Shown: in pieces, positions 30,897 through 34,083 of the stretch
Layout of the letters: each line of letters starts with the position of its first letter
Position numbering within the stretch: the stretch's first letter is position 1
DNA from: a virus
IMG/VR virus record: IMGVR_UViG_3300048904_000313
Location: 73,468-107,550 of that record
Strand: one strand, 5' to 3'
Length of the DNA stretch: 34,083 nucleotides
The notes under the pieces: model-generated
Seen by the model: the letters and a program-made list of their open reading frames with translations, nothing else
Databases searched by the model: none
Told to the model about the DNA's origin: nothing
Program-made: the position numbers and the translations under genes

Positions 30897-31325
30897 ATGC
30901 GAAAGCTACGAGCCCCGAGCTGGGTAAGCCCGGGGGTGAAGAACGCGGCCCTGGCCGCTGTCGCGGTGGTCCTGGTCGCCGGCATGGTGGAGGGCCTCAG
31001 TGAGGCGATGCGGGACAACGCGGACGACCAGGTGAAGCCCACCCCAACGGTCACCGTGACGGTCACTGAGACCAGGACCGCCCTGCCGTCCCTGCTGCCG
31101 ACCGCTCGGTCGTCGGCGGAGGACGGGGCGGTCGCCCTGACCAGGGCGGCGATCGAGAACGCGTGGAAGCACCAGTCCAGCGGTGACCGGGACCTGGTCT
31201 GCCAGGAGTGGCGGACGGACAGCTACACGACGCTGGAGGCCTTCATGGAGGAGGCCGGCAGCGCGACGCTGGACAGCGTCACGGTGAAGACGTTCTTCGA
31301 CTCGAAGTGCGGGAAGGGCGGCTGA
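30897..31325 (+). CDS. Membrane-anchored or secreted protein
   Basis: ATG 30897; N-terminal hydrophobic helix, PTPTVTVTVT linker and a Cys pair. Confidence 0.65.
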   Translation: MRKLRAPSWVSPGVKNAALAAVAVVLVAGMVEGLSEAMRDNADDQVKPTPTVTVTVTETRTALPSLLPTARSSAEDGAVALTRAAIENAWKHQSSGDRDLVCQEWRTDSYTTLEAFMEEAGSATLDSVTVKTFFDSKCGKGG

Positions 31326-31326
31326 C

Positions 31327-31635
31327 GTGACGCAGTCCCAGCGCCGGGTGCGCGTGGTGTCCCCCACCCGGCGCCGCGTGCTCGAGAAGCTGGCGGAGCG
31401 GCCCACGGCGTGGCAGACCGCCGCCCAGCTGCACGCCGGCGAGACGAGCTCCGTCGGCAACACCTACGCCGCGCTGAAGGACCTCCTGGAGCTGGAGTGG
31501 GTCCAGGTGCGGCGAGACGAGAGCCGAGAGCGGCGCCCTGGGGTCGCCGGCCGGCGGCCGCGCGGCGCCTACCGGGTGACCGACCTGGGCGTCACCGCCC
31601 TGATCGAGACCGCGCTGACGGAGGGTGACGGATGA
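31327..31635 (+). CDS. Winged-HTH (PadR-like) protein
   Basis: GNTYAALKDLLELEWV...RPRGAYRVTDLG. Confidence 0.75.
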   Translation: MTQSQRRVRVVSPTRRRVLEKLAERPTAWQTAAQLHAGETSSVGNTYAALKDLLELEWVQVRRDESRERRPGVAGRRPRGAYRVTDLGVTALIETALTEGDG

Positions 31636-31952
31636 GGAAGCTGGGGCTGGGGAGGCGGGCCCGGCACGGGTGCCCGCTCTGGGACCCCGAGACGGGCGTG
31701 TGGGTCCTCCTGGACGTCGGCTGGGCGGGGGTTGACGGCACGACCCCGCGCAACGCGGACGTCTGGACCCTGTCGCTTCGGGCTGGCGGCCGAGAGCGCT
31801 GGGGCACCGAGCTCTGGCTGCGCGCGGGACGGCACTGGGGCGCCCAGCTCTGGGTCGGCGCCTGGAACGCGGGCTGGCACGCCCGGTCGAAGGGGTGCCA
31901 GTGCTACGACTGCGTCGTGGCCGGGGGACCGGTGCGCTGGTACGGGCGGTGA
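31632..31952 (+). CDS. Trp/Gly-rich hypothetical protein
   Basis: 106 aa, ATGA coupling, C-terminal HARSKGCQCYDC. Confidence 0.55.
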   Translation: MRKLGLGRRARHGCPLWDPETGVWVLLDVGWAGVDGTTPRNADVWTLSLRAGGRERWGTELWLRAGRHWGAQLWVGAWNAGWHARSKGCQCYDCVVAGGPVRWYGR

Positions 31953-32182
31953 ACGCGGTGGCCGACGAGAAGCGCTGCCGCAGCGGCGGGCGCGGGGGCC
32001 TCGTTCACCGGGCGCACGAGTGGAAAGACGGCAGCGGGACCCGGTGGCGGTGCCCGGGGTTCCAGCGCTGCGGAGACTGCCTGCGCCAGGGCTGGGCGGA
32101 CCTGCTGGAGAGAGACGGCACGCGGTGGCGGTGTGCCACCGGGCCGTGCGCGCGGAGGCGCGGAGAGGCGGAGAAGACGTGA
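31949..32182 (+). CDS. Zn-finger mini-protein
   Basis: MNAVADEKRC..HRAHEW...CPGFQRCGDC...CATGPC. Confidence 0.55.
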   Translation: MNAVADEKRCRSGGRGGLVHRAHEWKDGSGTRWRCPGFQRCGDCLRQGWADLLERDGTRWRCATGPCARRRGEAEKT

Positions 32183-32415
32183 GAGACGGGATCGTGGGCG
32201 TGATCGAGCTCTGGGCGGGGGTGTACCTCGCCGGCGTGGGGATCGGCCTCCTGGAGATGACCTGGTACGCCTGGCGGACCAGGAACGTTGAGCTGGACGG
32301 GGGCGGCCCCTGGTTCTGGCGGCAGTACGTGGTCGTGATCCTGGGGTGGCCGGTCCTGGTGGGGTGGGTCGCCAGGGCGGCGGTCCGAGACTGGTGGGGG
32401 AGGCGACGGCGGTGA
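32179..32415 (+). CDS. Two-TM membrane protein
   Basis: MRDGIVGVIELWAGVYLAGVGIG...VVILGWPVLVGW. Confidence 0.55.
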   Translation: MRDGIVGVIELWAGVYLAGVGIGLLEMTWYAWRTRNVELDGGGPWFWRQYVVVILGWPVLVGWVARAAVRDWWGRRRR

Positions 32416-32570
32416 GGAAGCAGACCTGCGTGCACTGTCAGAACCAGGGCACCGAGAAGACGGTGGAGTGGAACCCGGTGGACGAGCACTGGCAGTGCCG
32501 GGACGTCGTCGGGTGCGCGAAGCGCGCGGCGGAGGCGAAGCTGGCGGAGCGGCTCAAGAAGCTGCTGTGA
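32412..32570 (+). CDS. Zn-finger mini-protein
   Basis: MRKQTCVHC...WQCRDVVGC. Confidence 0.55.
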   Translation: MRKQTCVHCQNQGTEKTVEWNPVDEHWQCRDVVGCAKRAAEAKLAERLKKLL

Positions 32571-32977
32571 ACGCCTGAGTGGGACCGAGGGGGTGCGGGG
32601 TCGGCCAGGGTGGCCGGCCCCGCCTGGCGTCAGGTGCCCCGGGGAGCGGGGCGCAGCCAGGCCTGGAGGAACGCCAGGGCAAACTCCGCCCAGACGGCCT
32701 TGCAGGCCGCCAGGAAGGCTCGCCAGAGACGGTCCGCGTCATGGTCCTTGGCCACCGTGATCACCTCCCCTCGGTCCAGGGTCAAGGATACCATGGAAGC
32801 GGGGAGGGGGACAGTGGTGTGGACACCATACGGGTACGGGACAATTGGGTAGAAGATATATGAGAAGGACAAAACGGGCAGGAGGCCTTTAGAAAAATAG
32901 AATGTGTTCGCCGGCAGTAGTGCAGCCGCTCACAGCACCTATATGATCATGCCCTGGGCCTGCCACCGTTGATCATG

Positions 32978-33013
32978 CGCGAGCGAGTGCGTGATCACCA
33001 CGCACTCGCTCGC
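32978..33013. terminator. Strong hairpin at the point of convergent transcription
   Basis: GCGAGCGAGTGCGTG-atcac-CACGCACTCGCTCGC, just past the stop of the 33020 gene. Confidence 0.6.
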
Positions 33014-33019
33014 TGCTGA

Positions 33020-33415
33020 TCACTTGCAGTTGTCGATGTGGCTCAGCGCCTGCTTCACCATGTGAAGCACACGCTTCTCCTCCTCCTCGTCGCTGAGCGT
33101 GCTCGCGTTCGCAACGAGCGACGTGCTGCTGCTCCTGCCACCCTCGAGCAGGCGCTCACTGGTGGTAGCGGTCCACTCTCGAAGGCCGGCCACCTGCGCC
33201 TGCTCCCCCTCTGCACGCTCCAGGATGCGGGTGATCTTGGCCCAGTGGTTGACGCTGTGCTGTACCGAGATCAACCTCTCCATGGTCATGGTTCCCACGA
33301 CGTAGCCCTTGTCGAACGAGTCCTTGATCTCAGTCCTGATCTTGACCAGACCCTGGTCGGCCTGAGTAGCGAAGCCCTGAAGCATCTGGATGGCGTTCTT
33401 GATCATGGGGGGCAT
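33020..33415 (-). CDS. Hypothetical helical protein
   Basis: ATG 33415 (or 33406) after CAGGAACAGGAAAGG. Confidence 0.7.
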   Translation of the reverse strand: MPPMIKNAIQMLQGFATQADQGLVKIRTEIKDSFDKGYVVGTMTMERLISVQHSVNHWAKITRILERAEGEQAQVAGLREWTATTSERLLEGGRSSSTSLVANASTLSDEEEEKRVLHMVKQALSHIDNCK

Positions 33416-33437
33416 CCTTTCCTGTTCCTGTGATACC

Positions 33438-33466
33438 AGTATACGGTCTGAGTGGTGGCATGTCCA
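33438..33466 (-). promoter_or_regulatory. Phage promoter
   Basis: TGGACA-N17-TATACT. Confidence 0.75.
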
Positions 33467-33529
33467 CACCTAGGGGCTAAGATCTTGAGCCCGTGGCCGG
33501 CCGGCGAGGCCGGCCACCAGCTCAAGATC

Positions 33530-33955
33530 TCAGTGCTGAGGCGCGGCCAGGGTCTCAGTGACGCACTGGGCGTAGTCGCCCTTGGCGCTGATGGCCTTGC
33601 AGAGCTTGAGAACGTAGTCGAGACGCTGAGTGGAGTCGGCCTTGGGCGCGGTGGCGCTGTGGCTGTGGCTGGCCTTGAGGTGGGCGATCTCGTTGTCCTT
33701 GTCGTTGAGCGCGCCCATGGCGCCCACGAGGAGGAAGATCAGGATGCCGATGGTCCAGTTCTTGTTGATCCTGATCCTGAACCGACGGCCCTGGACGGGC
33801 ACGAGCGGCTGGCCGGCCGGCGCGTGGTTGTGGGTCATGCCGGCCGCGTGCTGCGCGGTCTGGTGGGCGTTGTGGGCCTGGCAGGAGGGGTGGAGGCAGC
33901 CGGCGGTGGCGGGCTGGATGTTGGTGCGGGGCTGGCGCTGGTTCCGAGTGTTCAT
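33530..33955 (-). CDS. Single-TM hypothetical protein with His/Gln-rich N-terminus
   Basis: ATG 33955; WTIGILIFLLVGAMGAL; C-terminal Cys pair. Confidence 0.7.
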   Translation of the reverse strand: MNTRNQRQPRTNIQPATAGCLHPSCQAHNAHQTAQHAAGMTHNHAPAGQPLVPVQGRRFRIRINKNWTIGILIFLLVGAMGALNDKDNEIAHLKASHSHSATAPKADSTQRLDYVLKLCKAISAKGDYAQCVTETLAAPQH

Positions 33956-33992
33956 GATCTTCCTTCTCTCTTCCTGTCCTGCTGTTGGTACC

Positions 33993-34021
33993 AATATACA
34001 CCCTGCGTGGTGTGTTGTCCA
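33993..34021 (-). promoter_or_regulatory. Phage promoter
   Basis: TGGACA-N17-TATATT. Confidence 0.75.
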
Positions 34022-34083
34022 CACCCAATCTCAAGATCTTTGCCACAGCCGCCGGCCGGCGATTCGATGATCGCCGGCCGGCG

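Noticed and set aside
32820-32848. Thirteenth copy of the promoter (TGGACA at 32820, plus strand)
   Set aside because: No TANNNT at 17-nt spacing and no downstream gene.

Overview
High-GC segment of an actinobacterial (probably Streptomyces-type) tailed phage or prophage. The left two-thirds read on the minus strand. From the left they contain the 5' end of a portal gene, small virion-accessory genes, a 719-aa repeat protein, an HNH protein, terminase large and small subunits, two HAD phosphatases of RNA-repair type, and a hyaluronan-synthase/NodC-like GT2 preceded by a tiny LAxTG peptide. Next come an 8-tRNA cluster with structured spacers and a 244-aa unknown protein followed by a ~400-nt tRNA/tmRNA-like structured RNA. 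The block ends with a Ro60/TROVE gene preceded by seven Y-RNA-like genes interleaved with four tRNAs. From 22.3 kb the plus strand carries thyX, vWA, macrodomain, LuxR-HTH, paralogous winged-HTH, Nudix and many mini zinc-finger or membrane genes, then a non-coding convergence zone and two minus-strand genes. Twelve copies of one promoter pattern (TGGACR/TGTACW-N17-TANNNT) punctuate the window. Two systems stand out. (1) The Ro60 operon has diversified Y RNAs carrying circularly permuted tRNA modules with recognisable Pro, Lys, Trp and tmRNA/Ala features. (2) The RNA at 15988-16390 has one tRNA 5' half that can pair with either of two 3' halves, each preceded by an alternating polar/hydrophobic codon run. 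All calls are from manual reading; no searches or folding programs were run.
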